A stretch of DNA of 64,000 bases from assembly GCA_937974275.1 (NCBI GenBank), contig CALJIF010000032.1, positions 1,289 to 65,288 on the forward strand, given 5' to 3'. A program made the position numbers and the translations under genes. Below the pieces are notes generated by a model, which saw only the letters and a list, made by a program, of their open reading frames with translations, made no database searches and was not told where the DNA came from. Source of the DNA: an uncultured Flavobacteriales bacterium. GTDB taxonomy: Bacteria > Bacteroidota > Bacteroidia > Palsa-965. Each line of letters begins with the position of its first letter. Within the stretch, counting starts at the first letter, position 1. Positions 10,201-19,000 of this stretch are shown here, in pieces.

Positions 10201-12475
10201 CGGAACTGCTCCGTTTGTTTATCAGTGGAATGATCCGTTAGGTCAAAACAATGCAACTGCATCCGGACTTTGCGCAGGAACATACAGCGTTATCATCACC
10301 GACGCTCAGGGATGTACAACAACTGCAACAGGTAACATCAGCGCGCCAAATAGTATTGCACCAAATGCAACTGTTAACAATACAACATGTGGTCAGTGCG
10401 ACGGATCAATATTCCTAAACCCAACCGGTGGTGTGGCTCCATACTCTTACTTGTGGAACACCGGCGCAACAACATCATCTTTGAATACATTGTGCAACGG
10501 AGTGTATAGTGTATTGATTACCGACGCTACGGGTTGTTCGCAGCAGTTTAACGTTATCATGAATAGTAACGGAGGACCAACGGCTTCTAATGCAAATATT
10601 ACAAATGCAAGCTGCGCATCTACTTGCGACGGCACTATCAGTTTGAATCCATCAGGCGGAACCGGACCTTACACCTTTAACTGGTTGCCGGGAGGCCAAA
10701 CTACCGCATCAATCAACGGGCAATGTGCAGGCGGATACACGGTACAAATTACCGACGCGAATGGATGTGTGTTTATTGACACGTTCTCAATTACTGCTCC
10801 ACCTGCTATTCAACTCAATCAGCAAATTACAAATACGGATTGCGGATTCTGTTCAGGAACTATTGCCTTGAACGTTACAGGTGGTAATGGTCCGTACACG
10901 TACAACTGGCTGCCGGGCAATTTAACGACATCAACCATCAACAACTTATGTGCAGGACTTTATACCGTTACGGTTACTGATGCTTCAGGTTGTTCGTTAA
11001 CGCAGGCTATTCCGGTAAGCAACATTAACAGTACAATTGTTCTCAATACATCGTCAACTCCGATAAGCTGTAACAGCAGTTGTGATGGTTCCGCAACAGC
11101 TAATATTGTTTCGGGTAGCGGGCCATTTACTTACTCCTGGAGTAACGGAGCTACTACTTCTACAACTTCGGGACTGTGTGCAGGAACATATGTTGTTCAG
11201 GTAACAGATGTTATGGGTTGCGTGTCTTCAGGAGTTGTCAACCTAACACAACCTGCTCCGTTAAGTACTTCCAATTTATTTGTTCAGGATGAGTTGTGTG
11301 CGAACACCTGCGATGGGTTTATAAGTGCTATTATTTCCGGTGGAACGTTACCGTATACATACAGCTGGAGCAATTCACAAACAGGATCGACAGCAACCGG
11401 ATTGTGCGCAGGAACATATACAGTTACTGTTACGGATGCTAATGGATGCACGGCAACACAAAATGCAACTATTGTTTCTCCCGTTGTACTTGTGCTGAGC
11501 AATAGTGCTGTTACAGATGCAAGTTGTAATAATGTTGCCGACGGCGCGATCGACGTTACAGTAACAGGAGGCACGACGCCATATACTTATGCATGGTCAG
11601 GTCCTAACGGATACACATCAGCAACTGAGGATCCAACAGGATTGTTCTTCGGATCGTACACTTTGATAGCTACTGATGCTAACGGTTGCAGCATCACATC
11701 AACATTTGTTGTAAGTCCGTTGATTACATTGAATGCCAATGCGGGCAGCGACACTTCACTGTGTGCTTCAGGATCATTAGTACTCGATGCAAGTGCAAGC
11801 ACGAACGCAACAACATTCGCATGGTTTATCCTTCCTGCGAATACGCAAATCGGAAATCAATCATCCGTTAACATTTCTGTGCCACTTGGAACTACTTCAT
11901 ATGTAGTAGTTATTACGAACGGCGGTTGTACCGATGCAGATACAGTTCAGGTTGTATCACTTCCGGGACCAACTGCTGATGCGGGAGCAGATCAAACCAT
12001 TATCACAGGAATGACCGCAACAATTGGCGGATCTCCGACAGGTCCTTCGGGTTCAACATATGTTTGGGGTCCTACGGTAGGATTAGGAGACCCGAACTCA
12101 GCAAATCCTGTTGCTTCACCGGCAGGAACTACAACGTATGTCGTACAGGTTACCGACACTGCAGGATGTTCAAGTACGGACACCGTAGTGGTATCGGTAG
12201 TTCCGATGATCGATTTCCCGAACGGCTTTACTCCTAATGGTGATGGCGTTAACGATTACTGGCAGATCGACAATATTCAACTATTTGAAAATTGTGAAGT
12301 AGAAGTATTCAATCGTTGGGGTGAGCGTTTATTCTACTCACGTGGTTATGTTACTCCGTTTGATGGACACTTTAACGGAGAGCCATTGCCGGTTGGAACT
12401 TACTACTACATCATTAAGCTGAACGATCCGTTATTCCCTGATACGTACACCGGACCAATAACCATTTTACGCTAA
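4250..12475 (+). CDS. giant T9SS-secreted cell-surface adhesin with ~30 SprB-type repeats and a type B C-terminal sorting domain
   Basis: ATG 4250 gives the signal peptide MRKTLFRLLSTIVLLLGIHLSVSA. About 30 units follow the pattern C-x2-C-(D/N)G-x-A...GG(T/S)xPY(T/S)(Y/F)xW.PGGQTT...LC.G.YTVTVTDANGC. The C-terminus FPNGFTPNGDGVNDYWQI...VFNRWGERLF...GTYYYIIKL matches the gliding-motility C-terminal domain (CHU_C / type B CTD). Confidence 0.93.
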   Translation: MRKTLFRLLSTIVLLLGIHLSVSADTFLWVGTSGNWNDAQNWESAIQGAIPGKEDDVVINSTGTEIIIDGSVYCKSLTTAFPSSNGYYLNTNSSNGIKITGAGTIHVYGNIELNAPFSESGDLKWKLSSNATTTRIRSNGHVFSNSMTITTESDVIIEDHLYVNGNLKIQSGILQTQEYSSVVAVQIEGAEKIRGGQVLRIGDPVNPLSHTVTTVVVPNLCNGECNATATAVVVGGSGNFSYQWSTVPPQTTATATGLCAGTYLVVVTDLVGGDQVPAFAIVVDPPPLVIFFSNVPPLCNGNCNGSSTASVAGGTPGYTFLWSPGNQTTNTITNQCAGTYTLTVTDNNGCIVTQQSVITQPALLADNGSSTNVTCNAACDGTASVAPTGGIGPYSFLWAPGGQTTPAVTSLCPGTYTCTITDANGCQDTYVTTITQPPVLTAQVAVTNATCFGLCNGAATATPSGGTAPYTFLWQPGGQTTAGITGQCAGSYTLTVTDNNGCTFQQTVNITEPPVLASIPTSTNISCFGACDGTAAANATGGTPNYTYSWAPSGGNGPTASGLCPGTYTVTVTDANGCTTNAQVTITEPAILLTGSSSTNVTCFNACDGTATANPSGGTGPYTYNWLPGNITTPSISNLCPGTYTITVTDANNCTAQSTITITQPPQLLVNGTGTNVSCNGFCDGIATANPSGGTGPYTYVWAPGGQTTPSINGLCAGQYTVTVTDANGCQRNQTITITQPNILSVTTTATQLLCNNACSATISANVSGGTAAYTYSWSPGNQTTPSITNQCAGTYTVDVTDANGCTSNSVISITQPVPFQISITSNDVSCNGSCDGNIQVVVNGSTPPYTYSWSPTGQTTPNISGLCAGTYSVTVTDANGCDTTLAINITQPQPINAGVTTVAATCSGNCNGSATSNPTGGTGPYTFLWMPGGQTTSSVTGLCAGTYTLTVTDANGCTTNQTVSITQPQPLSAQITGSTASCNICNGTATVSVSGGNSPYAYFWTPAGGTNPTATNLCVGSYTCTITDAQGCTTTATVNINQVVNISITSSGSTPTCFGDCDAVASANASGGANPYTYVWQPGNIVNQNLTNACAGTYTVTATDANGCFSSSVITFGNPPQITATSNSTNASCHALCDGTASVTASGGTGTLSYLWAPGGQTTPAVNGLCVGSYTCTVTDQNGCDTTIVFNITEPALILANAVVSDANCTLCDGGIVTSASGGVGPYTYLWAPGGQTTPNLSSLCPGIYTVTITDASGCSENIPIAVGNINGPTATMAFTDASCQGVCDGTATTTVTGGTGPFTFDWTPGTPTGDGTPSVSGLCAGLYFVQITDAVGCITFQNVTITEPNILTAPATLQVPSCNGICDGSITVTPTGGTAPYTFSWSSGGNGPTESGLCAGNYSVDITDANGCIGTFTFSLTQPGAIGLAVTSTNITCNSFCDGTATATVTGGTTPYSYVWSSGPIVPSTVNLCPGTYTVTVTDASGCSVVDSVTITQPPSIVVNLTSTNASCNGDCDGTAAVVASGGIPGYTYLWSPGGQTTPSVTGLCAGAYSISTTDANGCENIQSVTITEPPTIVATASSTSPTCFGDCDATSSLTVNGGTPAYTYSWAPGGQTTPVVTGLCAGVYTVTITDANGCDIQINSTITQPAQLLANTSFTSPSCGNTCDGSATANPIGGTGPYTFLWAPGGQTTATITNQCVGTYTVTVRDSRGCIDIQTVTILPAQNLNLSVASAPANCGVCNGTINVTPSGGTAPYTYAWSGGLPPQPNQTNVCAGLYTVLVTDASGCQSTFTVTLNNNGGPTGETITSADATCPNTCDGSATVLPIGGTAPYTYLWIPGGQTVNSLTNMCAGSYNLEVTDANGCIRYSPVIINGPQPIIGNQFVTNANCVNSCDGAISLNPSGGTGPYSYLWAPGGQTTASISGQCVGTYTCTITDANGCTQQVIATINAWNIIAATVTSTSASCNGDCDGTLTVSASGGTAPFVYQWNDPLGQNNATASGLCAGTYSVIITDAQGCTTTATGNISAPNSIAPNATVNNTTCGQCDGSIFLNPTGGVAPYSYLWNTGATTSSLNTLCNGVYSVLITDATGCSQQFNVIMNSNGGPTASNANITNASCASTCDGTISLNPSGGTGPYTFNWLPGGQTTASINGQCAGGYTVQITDANGCVFIDTFSITAPPAIQLNQQITNTDCGFCSGTIALNVTGGNGPYTYNWLPGNLTTSTINNLCAGLYTVTVTDASGCSLTQAIPVSNINSTIVLNTSSTPISCNSSCDGSATANIVSGSGPFTYSWSNGATTSTTSGLCAGTYVVQVTDVMGCVSSGVVNLTQPAPLSTSNLFVQDELCANTCDGFISAIISGGTLPYTYSWSNSQTGSTATGLCAGTYTVTVTDANGCTATQNATIVSPVVLVLSNSAVTDASCNNVADGAIDVTVTGGTTPYTYAWSGPNGYTSATEDPTGLFFGSYTLIATDANGCSITSTFVVSPLITLNANAGSDTSLCASGSLVLDASASTNATTFAWFILPANTQIGNQSSVNISVPLGTTSYVVVITNGGCTDADTVQVVSLPGPTADAGADQTIITGMTATIGGSPTGPSGSTYVWGPTVGLGDPNSANPVASPAGTTTYVVQVTDTAGCSSTDTVVVSVVPMIDFPNGFTPNGDGVNDYWQIDNIQLFENCEVEVFNRWGERLFYSRGYVTPFDGHFNGEPLPVGTYYYIIKLNDPLFPDTYTGPITILR
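4905..11720 (+). repeat. about 30 tandem coding repeats of ~225-234 nt (SprB-type repeat array)
   Basis: The block CC(C/G)GG(A/C/T)GG(A/T)CA(A/G)AC(A/C/G/T)AC recurs at 5450, 5677, 6359, 7044, 7726, 7951, 8866, 9094, 9321, 9776, 10007 and 10690. Spacings are multiples of ~228 nt, and the peptide motif TDANGC recurs ~30 times. Confidence 0.85.
12200..12472 (+). other. type B T9SS C-terminal sorting domain of the adhesin
   Basis: Peptide VVPMIDFPNGFTPNGDGVNDYWQIDNIQLFENCEVEVFNRWGERLFYSRGY...GTYYYIIKLNDP. Confidence 0.85.
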
Positions 12476-12476
12476 C

Positions 12477-13409
12477 ATGAAGAAGCTGCTCATACTTATC
12501 CCGGTTGTTGCCTTCCTCTGGAGTGTTGAAGGAAGCGCACAACAGTTGCCGCATTTCTCGCAGTACATGATCAACGATTATGTGTTAAATCCTGCGATTG
12601 GTGGCAAACAAGATTACTTCATGGGCATGTCTGCAAATCGTTATCAATGGAAAGGAATAACGGATGCGCCACGCACTTACATGCTGAGTGTTAATGGACC
12701 ATTGAAATATGATCACATGGGTGTTGGAGGACAATTATTCACAGATAACGTTGGTCCTACTCGACGAACAGGTTTCTATTTGTCCTACGCCTATCATGCA
12801 CCGTTAACGGAGAAGTTAAAACTCTCGATGGGAATATCCGCAGGCATTTTGCAGTTTATGATTGATGGACATAAGATCAACTTGCATGATCCCGGAGATC
12901 TTGTTATTACCAATTCTGTCCAGTCTGTTTTAACTCCTGATTTTTCTGCAGGATTTTATCTGTACAACGATAAATTCTGGGTGGGTTTTTCCGCGTTACA
13001 GATTCAGCAAAGCAAATTGAAGTTCTTCGACTACATGTCAAACACCACCAGTGTATTGAATCGTCATTACTACGGAATGGCAGGTTATCGTTTCAACCTG
13101 GGTGATGATTTTATTCTGGAGCCCAGCATTTTAACGAAGTACGTAACTCCTGTGCCCTTCCAATTTGATGCAGGAGCTCGTATTATTTACAAAGACAAAA
13201 TTTGGTTAGGTGGCGCTTATCGTCATCTGGATGCTATCACCGCTTATACCGGATTCGTAATACGCGAAAACTTGCAAATTGGTTATGCGTTTGATTTTAC
13301 CTCCACCAATCTGCGTAATTACAGCAGCGGTACGCACGAATTAATATTGGCAATTCGTTTCAATAAAAATGGACTGACTTCGGGCTCTTCAGCTCCACAG
13401 TTTAACTAG
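12477..13409 (+). CDS. PorP/SprF family type IX secretion system membrane protein
   Basis: The ATG lies 1 nt after the adhesin stop. It has a signal peptide and the family-typical N-terminus QQLPHFSQYMINDYVLNPAIGG, with beta-barrel-like alternating sequence. Confidence 0.88.
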   Translation: MKKLLILIPVVAFLWSVEGSAQQLPHFSQYMINDYVLNPAIGGKQDYFMGMSANRYQWKGITDAPRTYMLSVNGPLKYDHMGVGGQLFTDNVGPTRRTGFYLSYAYHAPLTEKLKLSMGISAGILQFMIDGHKINLHDPGDLVITNSVQSVLTPDFSAGFYLYNDKFWVGFSALQIQQSKLKFFDYMSNTTSVLNRHYYGMAGYRFNLGDDFILEPSILTKYVTPVPFQFDAGARIIYKDKIWLGGAYRHLDAITAYTGFVIRENLQIGYAFDFTSTNLRNYSSGTHELILAIRFNKNGLTSGSSAPQFN

Positions 13410-13896
13410 TCCTGTGCTTGCTCCATATCTGCGAGTCCCACCAACGTTCGTGATAATAGTTGTTTCGAAACAGTGCTTCCGAAGCAAATCCTAGTTTGGT
13501 TAGCACTTTCGCCGACGCGTGATGTGAAGGGTCAATATTTGCTTCAATACTTTGCAAATTAAATTCAGTGAGCAACAACTGCGTCATAGCGGAAAGTGCT
13601 TCTGTCATGATTCCCCGATTCCAGAATTCAGGAAGCAGATCATAACTTATCTCCGCCCGCTTGTGCTGTAAAGAAATCTGTTTGGCTCCACACGTACCAA
13701 TTAATTTCCCCTCCATTTCAATTCCCCAGCGCACACCTTGATTCAGAGCGAAAGCCTGTCTCCATTTAAAAATCAACTGCTCCGCATCGTTCAAATCCAT
13801 CATAGGTGCAACACCTCGCCATAAAATAACATCCGGATCACTATTTAAACGATAGATCACAGCAGCATCGGCACTCATGATTTCACGCAAAATCAA
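13402..13896 (-). CDS. GNAT family N-acetyltransferase (RimJ/RimL-like)
   Basis: 164 aa with the RimJ-like pattern ...WGIEMEGKLIGTCG...YDLLPEFWNRGIMTEA....KLGF. Confidence 0.85.
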   Translation of the reverse strand: MILREIMSADAAVIYRLNSDPDVILWRGVAPMMDLNDAEQLIFKWRQAFALNQGVRWGIEMEGKLIGTCGAKQISLQHKRAEISYDLLPEFWNRGIMTEALSAMTQLLLTEFNLQSIEANIDPSHHASAKVLTKLGFASEALFRNNYYHERWWDSQIWSKHRTS

Positions 13897-14053
13897 TCAG
13901 GAGGTAAATATTCGCGGGACCTGTTGCACGAAGTGTTGCATAAGGAAAGATACGCGTTCCTTTTAACTTTTTATAGGAACAAAGTCCGGCAACACGATCC
14001 GCCACTTTCAATAATTAGATCCGTTCTCACTAACTTTATCAAAAAATCGGAAT

Positions 14054-15445
14054 ATGCATATTGAACAATTATATACCAACTGTCTTGCCGAAGCCGCATA
14101 TTGGATTGAATCTGATGGCGAAGCTATTGTTATTGATCCGCTTCGTGAAACAGAACCCTATCTGGCAAAAGCCAAAGAACGTGGCGTGAAAATCAAGTAC
14201 GTTCTTGAAACACACTTTCATGCCGACTTCGTTAGTGGACATATTGATTTAGCGAAAGCTACAGGAGCAACAATCGTTTACGGTCCAACTGCCGAAACGA
14301 ACTACGCTACACACATTGCAGCAGACAATGAAATGTTGCAATTAGGAAAAATAAAAATCAAAGTAATGCACACGCCGGGGCACACGCCCGAATCAACGTG
14401 CTACTTGTTGTTGGATGAACAAGATCAACCACACGCTATATTCACCGGTGATACACTTTTTGTAGGCGATGTAGGACGACCTGATTTGCTGGACGGCAAA
14501 ATGACCAAAGAAGAATTAGCCGGGATGATGTTCGAGTCACTAAAAAAACTGAAGGCGTTGCCCGATAGTGTAACCGTATATCCTGCGCATGGTCCCGGCT
14601 CTGCGTGCGGGAAAAATATCGGCAAAGAAACCTGGTCAACCATCGGCCAGCAAAAACAAACGAATTACGCGATGCTGATCACCGACAAAACGGAATTCAT
14701 TCGCACTGTAACGGATGGACTTTCTGCACCGCCGCAATACTTTTTTGAAGATGCGATGATTAATAAGCGCGGTTATGAAAATATTGACACCGTGCTGGAG
14801 CGCAATTCGAAAGCATTAAAACCTGAAGAGGTTATGGCTGCGATACAACAAGGCGCACTGGTTTTGGATACACGAACTCCCGACGAATTTGAATCCGGTT
14901 TTATTCCCGGTGCTTTAAATATCGGACTTGATGGCACGTATGCTGTTTGGGTAGGAACATTAATTGATATTACTAAGCCACTAATTGTAGTAGCTGCTCC
15001 GGGTAAAGAACGTGAAGCTGTATTGCGTTTGGCGCGCGTCGGCTACGAAAATGTTGTTGGCTATGTTGATGGCGGGATGCCTCAGTGGATTGCATCCGGA
15101 ATGGCAGTAGATAAAGTACATTCAATTAATCCGGCAGAATTTGCTGCTGATGTGCGTTCGGGTAATCATCGTAAGATTGTGGATGTGCGTCGTCCCGGAG
15201 AATTTGAGTCGGGACATGTGGAAGGCGCACAATTGATGTGTCTGACACAGTTTGGTAATACCGAGAACTTAAAGGCACTTGAACCTACCGAGCCCATCTA
15301 CATTCATTGTGCAGGCGGCTATCGTTCCATGATTGCGACTTCCATTTTGAAGCAACACGGATTTACGGATATCATCAACGTGCGTAAAGGTTGGAGCGGT
15401 ATTAAGAATGAAGATCTGCCGAAGGTAATTCCCACAACTGCTTAA
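14054..15445 (+). CDS. MBL-fold metallo-hydrolase fused to two rhodanese domains (persulfide dioxygenase-like)
   Basis: Metal motif ETHFHADFVSGH, then HTPGHTPES. The C-terminal rhodanese carries the active-site loop IHCAGGYRS, while the first rhodanese lacks the Cys. Confidence 0.85.
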   Translation: MHIEQLYTNCLAEAAYWIESDGEAIVIDPLRETEPYLAKAKERGVKIKYVLETHFHADFVSGHIDLAKATGATIVYGPTAETNYATHIAADNEMLQLGKIKIKVMHTPGHTPESTCYLLLDEQDQPHAIFTGDTLFVGDVGRPDLLDGKMTKEELAGMMFESLKKLKALPDSVTVYPAHGPGSACGKNIGKETWSTIGQQKQTNYAMLITDKTEFIRTVTDGLSAPPQYFFEDAMINKRGYENIDTVLERNSKALKPEEVMAAIQQGALVLDTRTPDEFESGFIPGALNIGLDGTYAVWVGTLIDITKPLIVVAAPGKEREAVLRLARVGYENVVGYVDGGMPQWIASGMAVDKVHSINPAEFAADVRSGNHRKIVDVRRPGEFESGHVEGAQLMCLTQFGNTENLKALEPTEPIYIHCAGGYRSMIATSILKQHGFTDIINVRKGWSGIKNEDLPKVIPTTA

Positions 15446-16053
15446 AGTAACTCGAAGTTATAGCCTTGTTCCTTACAATACTTGATGTATTTGGGCAAGG
15501 CCGGTAACATGCGTTCAGCAGCTTTCGCACTGTCGTGCCATACTACAACAGATCCCGGACGTGTGGCTTTACACGTTGGTTTCAAGCAGTCTTCTGCAGT
15601 TAAAGTTTGATCAAAATCATACGACAACACATCCCACATGATGATGCGATAGTGCTGCTTTAACGCATTAAATTGTTGACGCGTAATTCTGCCGTACGGC
15701 GGGCGAAACAAATCGGATGCAACCAACTGCTGACAAGCAACAACTTCTTTAAGATAATCACGCAACGGTGTTTTCCAGCCGTCCTTGTGGGTCATGGTGT
15801 GATTGCCGACGTGATGACCTTCCTGTAAAATACGGTCGTAACAACTGCGATACTTCTCAACGTTGGCGCCAACACAAAAGAAATTCGCCTTTACATCGTA
15901 CTGTTTCAGAATTTCCAACACAGCCGTTGTAATCTCAGGATGTGGTCCATCGTCGAACGTGAGATACACTGATTTATCGGAAACAGGAACCCTCCACTGA
16001 GCACCGGAATAATATTTCCTGATGATCTGTGGAGGGCGTGTGATGCGAATCAT
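15442..16053 (-). CDS. polysaccharide deacetylase family protein (NodB-type)
   Basis: NodB motifs TFDDGP and HVGNHTMTH. Confidence 0.85.
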   Translation of the reverse strand: MIRITRPPQIIRKYYSGAQWRVPVSDKSVYLTFDDGPHPEITTAVLEILKQYDVKANFFCVGANVEKYRSCYDRILQEGHHVGNHTMTHKDGWKTPLRDYLKEVVACQQLVASDLFRPPYGRITRQQFNALKQHYRIIMWDVLSYDFDQTLTAEDCLKPTCKATRPGSVVVWHDSAKAAERMLPALPKYIKYCKEQGYNFELL

Positions 16054-16063
16054 TCGCTAAAGT

Positions 16064-19000
16064 TTAGCGCTTGGTTGGAGGTAAACTTTCCGGAGTTGGA
16101 GGAATTGTTTCCGTACGCAACTTCTCTAATAAAGTATCAAACGGCAATTTCGGTTTCTGCTGACGAAACTGATTCGGCGACTGAATACCCAACTTTCCTA
16201 AACGCCCATCGTATTCTGTCATCATATCGGTATGACCATAATCACCGGCATATTGCGCCAACATTTGCATAGCAGACTGCAAACGATTCACATCCGATTT
16301 GTAATCGCCACGTTTATCGTTGAGACCTTTGTAGAACACATATTCCTCTTCGCACATGTCGAACAATTGACGCGATAACTTCTTGCCTTTATCAGCAGCA
16401 CCCGCAGTGAAATAACCTTGAACCATGTACACCATTGCAGGCTCGTATGGCACGTGCTTTTCAGGCATAACAGCTAAACACTTATCCAAAACCTGTACTG
16501 CTTTCTGACCCTTGCCTTCATCGTTCAGCAACTTCGCAAGTGTCATCATTTGCAAACGCTGGTTCGTAGTGAAACGCAAATTGTTTTCATCCATGTAGAT
16601 GTTCTTTGTCGTGTCATCTAAACCTCCCCAAACAAATTGGTTCATGATTTTATCGTACATGATATCCGTATCACATCCAACAGGTTCACCGAACATGCCT
16701 TCCTGCGAAGCTTTCAACGGCACAAGACGATACGCCAAACCTTCGAGACGGAAGAAATCTTCCAAATCCAGGTATGCGCCTGAACCTGCAGTTACTGCGA
16801 AGTAAATAGGACGCTTCCAGTTATTGGTTGCTAATAAATCCAACATCATCAAATCTGCTTTCAACAGATAACGCTTGTTGATCGTCCATTCGATACGATC
16901 CAAAATCAGGCTGTCAGGAGTGTTAGCAGGAACAGTTCCATTAGCTTTCACCAACTTCTTGTCCACCGGAATCCAAACACGATTTGTAGGTAATGTATAT
17001 ACGGTATCAGTATACATTTCGTTGTTGTCGTCCTGACCTGTCCTCACTTCAGTAACCTGAGGATCGTTGTTAATGATCATGTCGATCAACTGACGCGCGC
17101 TCATTGCAGGTAATGCTGTTCCTTCCGGAACTTCCGGGAAGAACACTTGCTCTGCAGAACCCTGACGGTATTTGTGTGCAGGTAACGAGAACGGCACAGG
17201 ATCAGAATCATAAGCCTTACGAACGGATTGTTCAATGTACCAATCTGTATTCAACAGCGACAAGTTTAACACGCGTACATCCGTACGATAACCTTCTGCT
17301 TCTTGCGCGTACCACAATGGGAACGTATCGTTATCACCATTGGTAAATATTACACCGTTCTTATCAACGGTTGACAAATAATTCTTAGCGAAGTCGCGTG
17401 CGGTATAACGGTATGAACGGTTGTGATCATCCCAACCCTGAGCCGCCATAATATATGGAACCGTACAGCTGGCAACAGTTGCAATTCCAACACCTGCAAT
17501 GCCCGCCATTTTCGCGTAACGTGCCAGGAAATCATATATAGCGTATACGCCAAAACCAATCCACATCGCAAAAGCATAAAACGATCCTGCATAAGCGTAG
17601 TCGCGTTCGCGCGGTTGCAACGGATATTGGTTGAGGTAGAATACGATGGCCAATCCTGTAAACAAGAACATCAGCGTTACCACCAAGCCATTCTTCCAAT
17701 CTTTAGAAACCTGGAAGAACAATCCAATTAAACCAAGAATTAAAGGCAGCATGAAGAACTTGTTGTTCGCAGCATTTTCGCGAAGACGTTTAGGCGCTTT
17801 GCCCATATCAATTTTGTCCGTTGCAGATAAACCGGATTGCCAGTTACCGTCTGTAATATTTCCATGGCCCTGAATATCATTTTGCTTTCCTGCGAAATTC
17901 CACATGAAATAACGCATGTACATCCAACCAATCTGGTAGTTGAAGAAATACTTCAAGTTTGCTCCAAAACTCGGACGGGTTAAGGTTGTAGTTTGCAAAC
18001 CTTCAGCAGTGCGCACCTGCACTTTAACGCGTACGTTGTTGCGCTTTACGTCTCCCCAATGCTCGTATTCACGCTTATGGCTGGACTGATTCATTTCCCA
18101 CATACGCGGTAAAATGGTGCTCATTTCCGGAGCCCAGTTATACTTTGTTTGTTTGCGATGATCGATGATCTGATAATCACCGCTTGACGCATTCTTAGCA
18201 TATACCGGATTGCCATCATCAGCAGGATTGCTATAATCTAATGTAGCATTGTAGTAAGGACCGTACAATAACGGCCAGTCTCCGTATTGCTCGCGTTGCA
18301 AATACGACAACAAGCTGATGGCGTTTTCAGGGTTGTTTTCATCCATCGGTGTATTAGCCTGAGAGCGGATAACCAACACAAAGAATGTGGAATAACCGAT
18401 CAACATTACACTAAACGACAAGAGGATGGTGTTGAGCAAATGACGATTGTCTTTGAAATAATAAATCAACGCCGCAACGCCACCCGCAGTAATGAAAGGC
18501 AACGCCACAGATGAATACATCAATGCAGCGATCACGGTAATTCCGAAGAACGCACCCGTAACATAAATAAAGCGCTTATATAATTTTTCACCACCTGCAG
18601 ATGTGTATTGCATTCCTGTAACAATCATACCGATCAACAACAAGAAATAAATTATAGTACCGAAGTTGAATGGTAATCCGATGGTATTCACAAAGAACAA
18701 CTCATAGTTGGCGGCAGCACTTACAACACCCGGAATAATTCCGTTCTGAATTACGCCCAATAATCCAACCGCTACTAATAAAGAAATGATGAGTCCTTTG
18801 AATGTGTATTCGTATTTTTTGAAATACACAATCATGACAATAGCAGGAATAGCCAACAAGTTCAATAAGTGCACACCGATAGATAATCCCATCATAAACG
18901 CGATAAACACAATCCATTTATCAGCACGCGGCGTATCGTCGGCATCCCAGCGCAATATTGCCCAGAAAACTAAAGCGGTAAAGAATGACGACATCGCGTA

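Noticed and set aside
4905-11720. Regular ~228-nt periodicity that might suggest a CRISPR-like or satellite array
   Set aside because: The units are contiguous, in-frame protein repeats without unique spacers or short palindromic repeats, and they translate to the SprB-type motif.
5890-12183. More than a dozen 60-130-aa ORFs, mostly antisense to the giant adhesin gene with a few in alternative sense frames
   Set aside because: They lie wholly inside an 8.2-kb ORF with strong family signatures. They recur with the repeat period and have low-complexity Pro/Val/Thr-rich translations, so they are by-products of the repeat composition.
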